DNA of 63,784 bases, counting the filler, from Chrysochromulina tobinii (lineage: Eukaryota), in the NCBI GenBank assembly GCA_001275005.1. It is 6 parts of 6 records of this genome, joined end to end, with 100 filler letters (N's around TTAATTAATTAA, not from the genome) between each part and the next. Parts side by side here need not be neighbours in the genome. Positions count along the whole stretch, not along the records: positions 1 to 17,150 come from JWZX01000106.1; positions 17,251 to 32,346 come from JWZX01000107.1; 4 more parts are not named here. One strand, written 5' to 3'. The notes under the pieces are model-generated. The model searched no databases, was not told the DNA's origin, and worked only from the letters and a program-made list of their open reading frames with translations. Position numbers and translations under genes: made by a program. This document shows, one piece after another, positions 12,103 through 23,364 of this stretch. Each line of letters begins with the position of its first letter. Position 1 is the first letter of the stretch.

Positions 12103-15100
12103 GTGCCACTCCATGGGCCGCTCTCTCCGAGCACTCCTCGCGCTCCGCCTGTGGCTACTCTTGACCTGAGCCTGCATCTCGCCCACCCTCGTTGCCCGCA
12201 GGCGCTCAACGACGGCGAGGATCTTCGTTTTAGCTTTGAGGCGGCGCGCGCTGGCGGCGAGACACCCTACTGGCAGCAGGGCCACACCGACCTTGAGTCG
12301 CCCGAAGCGCTCGCGATGCGTGCGGCGCTGCGGCAGGACGCGCGCGTGCAGCGCGAGCTCGGGCGCTTTTGGAGCGTGCACTCGAAGCTGGCCGACGGCA
12401 TGATCAGCAAGGACGAGTACCTCAAAGTGCGCGTCAAGATTGCTCTCGCGCTCATCCCGGACATGACTCCAGAAGAGGCGCGAGCTGCCGGAGAGGAGGA
12501 CTGGGTGGCGGATGCCAAGGGAGCGGACCGCATGTCGGCCGAGCAGGTGCACGACTACCTCTTCGAGCTTGCCGACCTCTGGTGCAGCGCCATCGATGGC
12601 CACGAGTACGCCGCCTTTGTTCGCAAGCTTTTCCGCCGCGTGGCCGTCAAGGTGGTGCACGGCTCCGACGGGAAGGTGAGCGTCTCTGCCCCCGCGCAGC
12701 CGTCCAGGGAGCGCAAGGAGGAGTTCGAGACGTTCCGTGACGCGCGCCGACGCAAGCTCGGCCTGCCGCCCCTCGGAGGCGATCCGATGCCCTCCGGCGC
12801 TTCGATCTCCGGCGCGAGCTCGCCAGCAGGCGGCGACGAGGAGGAGGAGGCCGAGTCGGACGGCATCGGCGAGACGGTTACGTTCGGCTGGGCGCCGGAG
12901 AGCGAAATCTACCCCTTGATCCTGTACGAGGAGGCGCCGATCGACTGGGCCGAGTACGGCGACATGAGCGTCGGTGCCAAGGGAGCGCCGCCGGTGCCAC
13001 CGCTGCCCGTCCGCACGGCTACGATGGTTCCACGCTTCCCGATGGTGCAGCGCGAGTTGCAGTCCTCCTCGTACAGCGCGAAGCTGCTGCTGCCCAAGCA
13101 GTTACTCGCCGAGGAGACGGATGCGGGCGGGAGCGCCGCCGCTCCGTCCGCCGCGCGGGCACACACAGCACGTCCCCAGGTCTCGTTCGCGGAGCTCGAG
13201 GCGCCAGAGCCGCCGGCCAGCAGCAAGCTACCGGTACGCCCGGCGAGCGCGCAGGTCTCGTCACGCAGTGGCGCGCAGCTGGCTGCCGACGGCTCCGCGG
13301 ACGATGGCGAGGCGGGCGCGGCCGAGGCGCCCGCGGCGCTCAGGGCGCCCGCGGTGGCACTGCCGGTGCCGCCTTCGATTCAGATGGGCATGCCGTACGA
13401 GAACGCGCTCGCGCTCGCGCAGCTGAGCGCGTCGTCTCGGGCGCTCGTCACGCGCCACGCCGTCGTGCGAGGGCTGCCAAAGGACCTGAAGGCTGATCTG
13501 ATGATTCCGCCCGGCAAGGGCGGCTACCTCAAGGGAGCGATCGCCCTGAGCCATGGCGGCGCGACGCCCAACAAGAAGGCGCCGCCGCCGCCTTCGCCGC
13601 TAGCGCTGCCGTCTCGTTCGAGCAGCGGGCGCTCGATGATGCCGCCGCCCGCGGAGCCAGACATGCACCCCGGCCTCCTCGCCGTCGCCACCGCGTGCGC
13701 CGCCACGCTCGCCTCCGCCAAAGGTGCCGGCCGGGATGCGCCCGATACGGCGCTCTCGGCGACGGCGGCCAAGGACGCGGTGAGTGCGGTCGAGCCGCCG
13801 CGTGAGGGAGTCATGCCGCTGCCGCTCCCTCGCCTCGCCCCTGAGCCCTGCGGAGAGCTCGCGCTTCTGCTCGGGAGCGCGCGCACCAATCCGAAGCCAC
13901 GCCACGTGCTCCTCGCTGGCCCGCCGCTGCTGTCCGAGCCGCTCGCGACTGCGCTCGCGTCCGCGCTCGGCGCAGTGCTCGTGTCGCCGACGGCGGCGGT
14001 CATGGCCGCGTCCAAGGGCGACGATCCGCTCGCCAACGTGCTCCGGAACGCCCTGAGCGCCGGCCTCACGATCGGCCGGGCCGAGCAAAAGGAGGCGCTG
14101 CTGCAGCTGCTGGCGAGCCCCGAGGCCCAGGCGCGGGGCACGGTCCTCTTCGGGCTGACAAGCGACGCGGTCACAGCGGCCAACGGCACGCCGCCCACGG
14201 CGACCCTCGCGGTCGTGATGGCCGCGGACGAGCTCGCTGCTTGGAAGGAGGAGGCTGAGGCCGCTGCCGCCGCCGCGGCGGCACCCAAGCCCCTCGCAGA
14301 GGGGGACGAAGCGGAGGAGGCGCCGCCGCCGCCGGCCGAGGACCCTGATGCACCGCCACCGCTGCCGCCGCCGCCGCCGATGAGCCTGGCGCCCAACCCA
14401 CTGCCGCAGGACGACTCCGACAAGGCCGCCCAGCTTGCCGACGCCGCCCTGCTCCACGGCCAGCTGCCCGCGCCCGAGCTGCTCGACGCGGCGCTCGTGG
14501 CGCTCGGCTTGCCGCCGCGCGTGCGTCGAGCGCTCGCGGTAGCGCTCCCGGCCGAGGCGGCCGAGCAGCCGCGCGCGGAGCAGCTCGAGGTGCTCAAGAC
14601 AGCGGGCGGCGCGTTGTTCGCGGCCGCATGCCCGCGCTACGTCGCACCGGGCACCGCGCCCGAGGATGCGCCGCCGCCGCCGCCCCTCGCCCTGTCGGCA
14701 TGGGGGACGAGCTGCCCAGTGAGCCTCGCGTCGGGGGCGCTCGACACGGCGCTCGGCCTTGGAGCGCCCTTGGAGGGCAGCACCAGTTGCGCGGCGGCCT
14801 TCGACGGCCGATTGTATTTGTGTGCGGCTCCGGAGCAGCTGAGCGCCTTCCTCGGCAGCCCGTCGACCTTCCTCGCGGCGCCGCCACAGCTGCGCTCGAC
14901 GACGCGGCTCGCTGTGCTAGGCCCGCCTCTCTCTGGCGCCTCCGCCATCGCGGGGTCCCTCGCCGCCTCGCGCCGTGTCGAGCGGATTTCATTGGCCTCG
15001 CTGCCCGCGCGGCTGCTCGGGCGCGCTGATGCCAAGGGCGCCGAGCTCGCGCAGGCGCTGAGCGCGGCGAGCGGCGGCGGCGGCAGGGCGGCGCCACCCC

Positions 15101-17150
15101 TCGTGGCCGAGAGCATCGCACGGCTCCTCGCGCCGAGCTGGGCGCCCGTCACGGCGCCCACTGAGGGCGCGCCGTCCTCGTCGTCGTCGTCGTTCGTGCC
15201 GGGGGTGGTCTTCGAAGGGTTGCCCATGGAGGTGGGCGAGCTCGAGGCTCTGCAGGCGGCGGGGCTCGCTCCGGAGCGCGTGCTCGTCGTCGGGCATGAT
15301 GACGGTGCACTCAAGGCGAAGCTCGCGGCCATGCTCGAAAAGGGGGAAGCGGCCTACAGCGCCACTGGCGAGGTGCTCGATGATGCGAAGCTCGACGCCG
15401 CCCTCGCCGCGTACGCAGCCGCGCTGCCGTCGCTGATGGACAAGTTCGCCGCCGCCGGCATCGCCGTCGTGACCCTCCCACCGGACGCAACCGCCGAGGC
15501 GGCCGCCGCAGCTCTCGATCCGTACGCGCCGTTGGCTGCGCCGGTGGAGGTGGGCGATACGGCCGAGCTGCCGCCGTTTGGGCCGGGCTCGCTTGGAGCC
15601 ACAGGGCCCTACTGCCCCGTCGCGCTCGCCACCGACGGGCGCCTGGTCAGGGGCAAGGCGGAGCTGGGGGTTACGATCGCGGGGCGTGTGTACCTATGCT
15701 CCAGTGAGGGCGCACGCGCACGGCTGCTCGCGGCGCCGGCCGCACTGCTGCCGCACCTGGACGGCCTCTCCGCGCCGCTCGTGCCGCCGCCGCCGCTGCT
15801 GCTGCTGGTCGGCCCTTCGGGCTGTGGAAAGGAGGAGCAGGCGCGCCAGCTCGACGCTGATTGCCACTGATGACCTGCCTTGCATGCAAGTGCTCACCAC
15901 AGCGCGTTCGGTTCTCGAGGAGCAGGCGCGCCGGCTGAGCGACGCTCGCAAGCTGCCGACGCTCGACCTGAGAGCTCTGCTGGCCTCCGACCCGCCCCCG
16001 CCGCCCGAGCTGCCGCCGCCGCCCGCGGACGGCGAGGATGGCACGCCGCCGGCCGAGAGCGACGTTGAGGCGTACGCGGAGCGTGTGGCGGAGCTCGTCG
16101 CGGCGGCCAAGGTGCACACGCCCACCCAGATCGCCGAGTGCGTCGCGCGCGCGCTCAAGACGGCGCCGTTCGCGGGCGTCGGTTGCGTGCTCGATTGGGC
16201 GTACGACGTGGCGCTCGATGGGACCATGTGGGAAGCGCTGCTGGCGGCCAAGCTGACCCCCGATGGGGTCGTCGTCTTCGAGCTGAGCGAGGACGAGGCC
16301 GACGCGCGCCTCTTCCGCCCAATGACGAAACCGACGATCTCGGAGGCGGAGGTGAAGATTCGGCGCGAGCGCGCCGTCGTGGCGCTCCGGGAGCAAGCGG
16401 ATGCCGAGGACGAGGGCGAGGACGGGACGGCCGGTCCGCTCAAGGCGCTCTTCGCCCTCGACGACCAGGCGCTCATCGAGGCGCGCGCGGCCGAGTTGCT
16501 CGGCACAGTGGGTCCGGTGAGTCGCGAGGAGGCCACCGAGGTGCTCGAGGGGATGCTCGAGGCGACCAACGCCGCCGACGAGGCGCAGCACGAGGAGCTG
16601 CGCGCCAAGAATGCGAGCGCGACCGCCACGTTGGAGGCGCTCGTCGAGGCGCTCGAGGCCAGCGCAGTGCCCGCATGCAAGCTGAGCGCCGAGCAACGGC
16701 CAGGCCAGCTGCACCGCGCCGTCCTGGGCGCGCTCGAGCCGCTCATCGGGCAGCGCGCGGAGCTCTTCTCTCGCGCGGCGCCGATTGAGCCGGCCGAGGC
16801 CGCCGCCATGATCGAGGCGGGCGAGGCGATCCCGAGTCGATTCGGGCGGCACGATGTGGTCATGTACGTAACCAAAGGCACGCTCTCGCCACCGCTCGTG
16901 CCGACACGTGGCAGTCTCAACCCTCCGCCGCCTCTGTCGGCCGAGGAGCTCGCGGCGGCGCACGCGGCGCTCGTCGAGGCGGCGGCGGCGGAGCACGCGG
17001 CAGCGGTCGAGGGCCTGGCATTGGTGCACGCGGCGGCGGTCGAGGAGGCAGCAGCGGCGCACGCGGCGGCGGCCGAGGCCGCGGCCACGGCGCACGCAGC
17101 GGCGGTCGAGGCGGCAGCCGCGGAGCACGCGGCGGCGGTCGAGGCGGGGG
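12103..17150 (+). CDS. Adenylate kinase 9-like protein (EF-hand-like N-terminus, YHS-like domains, degenerate P-loops); 3'-partial
   Basis: YHS-like WGTSCPVSL...FDGRLYLC...FLGSP and GPYCPVAL...GRVYLCSS alternate with P-loop-like GPPLSGAS and GPSGCGKE. GC-AG intron 15841-15925 joins GKEEQ|ARRLSD. Runs into the gap. Confidence 0.7.
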
Positions 17151-17250
17151 NNNNNNNNNNNNNNNNNNNNNNNNNNNNNNNNNNNNNNNNNNNNTTAATT
17201 AATTAANNNNNNNNNNNNNNNNNNNNNNNNNNNNNNNNNNNNNNNNNNNN
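17151..17250. other. Artificial contig linker
   Basis: N-run, TTAATTAATTAA (stops in all six frames), N-run; 100 nt in total. Confidence 0.97.
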
Positions 17251-17937
17251 CGGCGGCAGCGACGGCGGCAGCAACGGCGGCAGCGATGGCGGCGACGATG
17301 GCGGCAGCGACGGCGGCAGCGACGGCGGCGGCGCCGGCGGCTGCGACGGCGGCAGCGAGGGCGGCAGCGAGGGCGGCAGCGAGGGCGGCAGCGAGGGCGG
17401 CAGCGACGGCGGCAGCGAGGGCGGCAGCGAGGGCGGCAGCGAGGGCGGCAGCGAGGGCGGCAGCGAGGGCGGCAGCGAGGGCGGCAGCGACGGCGGCGGC
17501 GACGGCGGCGGCGACGGCGGCAGCGATGGCGGCAGCGATGGCGGCGTCGATGGCGGTGACGAGGGCGCGGGCGAGGGCGGCTGCGGCGGCGGCAGCGAGG
17601 GCGGCAGCGAGGGCGGCAGCGAGGGCGGCAGCGACGGCGGAGGCAACCTTGGGCTTTTTCGATCCGGCGGCGGCGACGGCGGCGGCGAAATACGAGGACT
17701 GCAGTCAATGCAGTCGGTGCCGCGATGGCACCACGTAAACTCCGCTCCGGGTCCGCCGTCGTCGCACTCGCCGTCTGAGGTAAATGCGCACGTCTCCGTG
17801 CACTCCACGAAAGGCGGCGGCGGAGAAGGAGGCGGCGGAGACGGCGGCGGCTGCTCCGGCGGCGGAGCTTGCCCCAACGTGCCGCTCAGCTGAACGATCG
17901 CGACCAGCGCAAACAGTACGCGATTCAGCGCCCACAT
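17251..17937 (-). CDS. Secreted Pro/Ser-rich (PPSL)n protein with a Cys-rich CDDGG module; 3'-partial
   Basis: Signal peptide MWALNRVLFALVAIVQLSGTLG, module CTETCAFTSDGECDDGGPGAEFTWCHRGTDCIDC, then 12-nt repeats encoding PPSL. Confidence 0.8.
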
Positions 17938-18387
17938 TTGTCCCGCGGGGATCGAGTACCGGATTCTTTTGCAAAGGCGGGCAAGGCTTCCTGTTTGGTA
18001 AGCCCGCGGTGCGCAGAGACGGGCGCTGACGCACGCGGCGCGAAGGAACCCGAAAAGATTCTTTCATCAAGAAAAATTGGGAGTTCCGGGGGTGGGGGCG
18101 TAGCCCCCCAGAGGATGTATATAGCAAGCCTACACACAACCCGACACGCATAGAACCTCTTGAGTCGCCAAAAAAACGTATCCGAAGCCTCGTTCACTAA
18201 TCCCACGAGGTCGTCGGAATACCTCGGGCCACGCACCAGTCGTACCTGTGGAGCTGCTTGTACATGTAGAACCTCGGGCTCGCGCGTCGAGTATCGCCTT
18301 AAGTATCGCCTGTCACATATATGCCTATAATATATGCCCGGCGGTCGCTGTCCCCCACCCAGTACTTTAACCAGCTTTGGTTACTGA

Positions 18388-19140
18388 TTGAGCCCTGGGC
18401 GCCACGACAACTCGACAGGAAACTCGACAGCTACTCGACAGCTACTCCTACTGCTCGACAGGATTTAGCCTTTTTTAGCCTTGGATTTAGCTCAACAGCT
18501 ACTCGACAGACCTCGACAGACCTCGAGCACAGAACCCCCCCTGATCCAACCCTAAATCCAACCCCCCCCTGACATCTCCATGTGGAGCCGGGGCGAGTTC
18601 AACCCGGAGTTCAACTAGCTGTCAAGCTCGACAACTACTCGACAGCTCGACAGTGACCTCGACTCGTCCTCGACAGACCTGTGCTCGACACGAAACTCGA
18701 CAGCTCGACAGCTACTCGACGCGCCGGCACATGGAGATGTCAGCCTGTCGACAGGCTCGACAGGAACTCGAGACTCGACAGGAACTCGACAGGTACTCGA
18801 CAGGAACTCGACAGGCTCGACAAGGCTCCATACCAGTTGATCCTCGATCCACTTGGCACCCGCGTGTCCACATCCATGTTCCATTCAAGTACCTCAACTC
18901 GAAGCTCGCTGTCGACAGGCCGTATACTAGTATGATCTGGAACATGGATGGACATGGAACATGTGGACACGCGGGTGCCAAGTGGATCGAGGATCAACTG
19001 GTATGGAGCCTTGTCGACGCGCCGGCACATGGAGATGTCAGCCTCGACAGGCTCGACAGGAACTCGACAGGAACTCGACAGGAACTCGACAGGCTCGAGT
19101 AGCTGTCGAGCTGTCGAGTTTCGTCTTTCGTGTCGACACA
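18388..19140 (+). mobile_element. TCGAC-rich non-autonomous foldback/MITE-like repeat
   Basis: Dense CTCGACAG arrays and a perfect 57-bp inverted repeat (18817-18873 / 18961-19017). The terminus tgagccctgg...acaactcgacaggaaactcgacagctactcgacag is shared with the copy at 30455-30670. Confidence 0.7.
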
Positions 19141-20115
19141 GCAAACTGAACGCCCTTCTGCAGAGGGGTCTGCAGAATATCTGCAGAACCCCCAATGGTT
19201 AGTCAGCTGCCGAACCCCTTGCCTAACCCTTACCGACCCCCCTGCCGACGTGATCCGGCGGCCTGTCTTCGGTCTCTCTCCGAATCGTCGCACTCTCTGC
19301 GGCCGATGCCGCGTCCCGCGTCAAGTACGGTCCTACGTCTTGCTTATTGGATCCAAAGATTCATACGTAGGACGAGAGCCGCAAGGGATTTTAATCAACA
19401 CGGTTGGTGGGTTTTGAATCGAATCATGATGGCGTGGGAGTAGGTGGTCCACACATCCGGCACCTTAAACGCATAGAGTTGCTTAACGTTAACGTATAAC
19501 GAGGACCAAACACCTGAGTTGAAGTCTGTGTTTAACACGCGCTATAACAACATAACAACAATAGGATCAACCAATAACAACAACACTTTATAAAGGTTGA
19601 GGCAATAAGGGTTTTCCGTTAACATGAACGCTCCCGGTATGGCCTCCGCACGTCTGTCCGTGAGGTCAAGTGTCCCGGTGATTCGCCGTTGTGTTCTTGT
19701 GTCTGAACCGTCGGGCGTCGCTGTTACGCTCCGGATCCGGCCATCAAACACGATTCCCGGAATTCATATTACGCGAAATGTACAGCGGCGCCGCGAGCGG
19801 CGAGCACCGACACACTAGTGAGTTGAAATGTTGTAAAACCCCCCTCTCCAAGTGCCGACGGTGGCACGGTCCACGGTGCATGGCCGACCGAGCCACGGCC
19901 GTTCAGCACCGCGTGCCAGCCCGGTCCACGATGGCTCGACGATCTGAATAAAGGAGAGGCAGCCTCCCCTGCGACGTCGTCCATTTCCGCGCATTTCATC
20001 CGCCCAAGCCTGCGGCAGCTGGTGGCGACCACCCTGCGTGTGCGCCGCCCTCAGCCTCCTTCCCCTTGGCGCGCGGCTCCGGCCGCAGTCGCGCCTCTGC
20101 CACTGCTGCCGCCGC

Positions 20116-21679
20116 TCAGCGCGTGCTGTAGCTCTCGCCAGGCGACATGCGCCCCTGATGCTCCCACTCCTCATGGTCGCAAAAGGCCTGAAGCTGTCTG
20201 AGGGATCGCTGCTTCCGTAGCTTGCGCAGGGCACGGCTCTGTGCGAGCTGCGCCTGCTTTTCGGGCAGGTCGCAGCGCGCGGCGATCTGCTTCCACGAGA
20301 GCGCGGCGCCGTCGCCAAGCCCATAGCGCAGCGAGAGCACCTCTGCCTCGAGAGGCGAGAGCTCGTGTGCGAGCCTGCGGATGAGGGGACGGATGAGGGG
20401 CGGGGACGGCGTGGGGAGCGTGAGGGGAGCGTGATGGGGGGGGGGGAGAGGGGAGCCGCGTGTGGAGGCTCACGGGGGCCGGGCAGTGATGGTGAGCGCG
20501 AGCGCGGGGCGGGGTGGGGAGGGCATTGGTGGAGAGGGCATTGGTGGGGAGGGCATTGGTGGGGAGGGCATTGATGGGGAGGGCATTGGTGGGGAGGGCA
20601 TTGGTGGGGAGGGCATTGGCTGTAAAGGGGCGCTGCACTCACAGCTCCTTGAGGCAGTCGGAGACGAGGGTGACCTCGACCGAGTCTTCGGGCGTGCGTT
20701 GCTGCTGTGGCTTCGTGCGGTACGCGTCGAGCAGCGTCGACTGGCGGCCGCTGGCGGTCGACGACGGGCCGTGGCTCGAGATCGGCGCCTCGAGCGAACC
20801 AACGCCGTGCCAGTGCTGCATGAGCACGCGCAGTTGCGAGACGGGTACGTCGAGCCCGCTCGCAAGCTCGTCTTCGGTCGGTCGCCGGCCGTGCTGCTGC
20901 AGCAGGGTGTCGTACAGCCGCTTGGCCTTTGAGAGCATGCGGCTCTTGCCAAACGGCAGCCGGATCGTGCGCGCCTGGTCGGCGACGGCCCGCTGCACGG
21001 TGGTGCGGATCCACCAAGTTGCGTACGTCGAGAAGCGGTGGCCGCGCTCAGGCCGGAAGCGGCTCACTGCCTTGAGCAGGCCGAGCGAGCCCTCCTGCAC
21101 GAGGTCCTCCATCGAGAGCGCGCCGCCCGCGACCGCATTCGGCGCCAGGTACGGTCGCACGATCGAGACCACCAGCCGCATATTGGCCGCCACCATCAGG
21201 TCGCGCGCAGAGTTGGTGCGCCGCATGCGCTTCTGCAGCTCACGCACGCTGAGCTCGACGCGCTCGGCCCACTCCTCGACGGTGGGTAGGCGCATGAGCT
21301 CATCAGCGAGCTCGTGGCGCGCGCGCTCGTACTGCTCGCCCGCGATGATCATGCGCGACAGCTGCTGCTCCTGCTCCGCCGTGAGCAGCCTCGTCGAGGA
21401 GATCGACTTGAAGTACCACGAGACGAGCTGGCCGCCTCCCCGCCCCCGCGTGACGGCGGTGGAAGAGGATTTGGGTCGGGGCGGAGCCGCGACGGTCATC
21501 ATCTCAAGGGGGCGCGCCCGGGCGCCTAAGCACGCGGCAGCTGCAAATGTCGCCTCCGGGAAGGGCGTGCATGGCGGGTCTTCGAGTCGAGCCGCCAGGG
21601 CAGGAGAGTCGGCACGTCGCAGGACTGGTCCAACGGCCATGAAGCCGAGGGCCATCTCGGCGAGACACAGGCACAGCAT
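20116..21679 (-). CDS. Nucleus-encoded plastid RNA polymerase sigma-70 factor
   Basis: Region 1.2 (YFKSISSTRLLTAEQE), region 2 (ANMRLVVSI, DLVQEGSLGL, RFSTYATWWIR), region 3 and region 4 (LRYGL...ALRKLR). GTGAGT...CAG intron at 20375-20642. Hydrophobic leader ending ALGF. Confidence 0.92.
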
Positions 21680-22014
21680 CCGCGCCTCGTGCGGGCCTGC
21701 CCTAATGCACGATGAATTGATGGCACCCGCGTGGAATCGGAATGAAGGCAATCTCAACAAACAGATTGCGGACACTTTCATCGCTTTTCCAGGAAAACAG
21801 AGTCACCCTCATATTTGCGCCCGAGGCGGCACCAGTTCGGAGAGAGAATGTTGGATGTGTGAGAGGTCGGCGCGCCGCGCACCGGGTCCGGGACCGTTCG
21901 GACCGAACCGCGTCGGCGGCTGCGCGCCGAAGGCCCTGTTCACTTGCTCATTTAGACCAAAGCAGCTACCAGCATCCAAAGACCATCGGAAGGACCCTTT
22001 CGGCGTTGCTCTCC

Positions 22015-23172
22015 TCATCTCATCGAGTCCGGCATGGGCATCGGCATGGGCTCAGGACCGCCGCCCCCGCCCCCGCTGCTTCTCCTCGCCCAATACGGCA
22101 CGTCATCAAGGTCATCAAGGGAGGTCGGCGCAGGACGCGGCACGGGCAAGTCGAGGAGGCGACCAATGTCGCCCTGCGCGGCCTCGGCGCTCTGGCGCTC
22201 GTAGAGGTACACGTGCTTGGCCGATGGCTCATCCCCCCCCGGGCCGCCCTCCCCGGCACCCGTCCTGACCGTCCTAACCGGACTCGGCCCACGCATGATC
22301 CGCAGCTCATTCCCAAGGTAGGTGCAGAGGCGCGTCAGCTCGAGAGTAGGTGCATCGAGCTGCAGGCTGCCCCCAAACTCGAGGCGCGGGTACGCTTCGG
22401 CGAGCGCAAGGCGCGGAGCCTCCGAGAGCAACTGCACACCCCATCCACCCTTGAGAGCCGCGATCACGTGCTGACCTACATTCTGCTGGCCGATCACCTC
22501 GACGAGCTGCGCGCTCGGCTCCTTCGCGGTTTGGATGAGCGCAAAGGAGGCGTGCAGTAGGCAGAGCGGCGCCGCGCCGAAGCCGGTGAATCCGTTCGTC
22601 GCGAGCGCCGCGTCCGTTGTCAGCCGGAGCCGCCAAAAGCCGAGCAGCCCGCCCTCGCTAGTGTACAGCGCCTCCTCCGTTGGCGGCGGCCCCGCTGCGA
22701 ACGCCTCCTCAAGGGTCGTGACGATGCTGAAGGCCTTTGCGCCCAGGCCATCGGCCAGGTCGTCGAAGGTGGTGAGCGCTTTGCCCGACACGGGTGCGCT
22801 CCGCGCCATCGAGGCAAGCACCGCCTCGAGCGAGGCCGCTGCCGCACGAGCGTTGCGCTGGACTGTGAACACGTACTGATCCTTACGCTTGATCACCTGG
22901 CCGAGCCGGCGGCCGTCGAGGTACTCGCCGTCCACCGCGACGATCACATCGCCCACCTTGAGGCCGGGCTGCCCCGAGTTGGTCGCGACCACATTTGAGC
23001 CATCGACCTCGATCCCGAGCGCTCCCTGGACGCGACTCACGTCGACGGTGAGGACGCCCGGTGCGCAGAGCTTCAACTCGCATGAGCGCGACGGGCGAAG
23101 GGTACGTGCCACGGCCGTTGCGGGCGAGGTGAAGGCTGCTGCAGCTGCTGCAGCAACGAGGCAGCCGAGCAT
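22015..23172 (-). CDS. Putative plastid-targeted PDZ plus PAP/fibrillin-like protein
   Basis: Leader MLGCLVAAAAAAAF followed by a Ser/Arg-rich transit-like segment. PDZ-like LGIEV...LKVGDVIVAVDG. Fibrillin-like LLGFWRLRLTT and TYLGNELRIMRG. Confidence 0.7.
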   Translation of the reverse strand: MLGCLVAAAAAAAFTSPATAVARTLRPSRSCELKLCAPGVLTVDVSRVQGALGIEVDGSNVVATNSGQPGLKVGDVIVAVDGEYLDGRRLGQVIKRKDQYVFTVQRNARAAAASLEAVLASMARSAPVSGKALTTFDDLADGLGAKAFSIVTTLEEAFAAGPPPTEEALYTSEGGLLGFWRLRLTTDAALATNGFTGFGAAPLCLLHASFALIQTAKEPSAQLVEVIGQQNVGQHVIAALKGGWGVQLLSEAPRLALAEAYPRLEFGGSLQLDAPTLELTRLCTYLGNELRIMRGPSPVRTVRTGAGEGGPGGDEPSAKHVYLYERQSAEAAQGDIGRLLDLPVPRPAPTSLDDLDDVPYWARRSSGGGGGGPEPMPMPMPDSMR

Positions 23173-23364
23173 CAGGCGCCGACTGTCAACAACAAGTGCT
23201 CCATGTGCACTTCCGAAAAACCTGTAAATTCACAGCCAATGTTGAAGCGCAACCGCGCGCGCCGAAAAAGAGCGTTGTGTTGGTACTTGAGCTCTAATTT
23301 TGTCAAGTTTCTTCTTCAGGAACGACAAAACGCAGTTGGCCTCCGATTGCCCGACCCTCGGCGG

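Noticed and set aside
20116..21679. Bacterial contamination suggested by a sigma-70 gene
   Set aside because: It has a canonical spliceosomal intron and a targeting-like leader, as expected for a nucleus-encoded plastid sigma factor.
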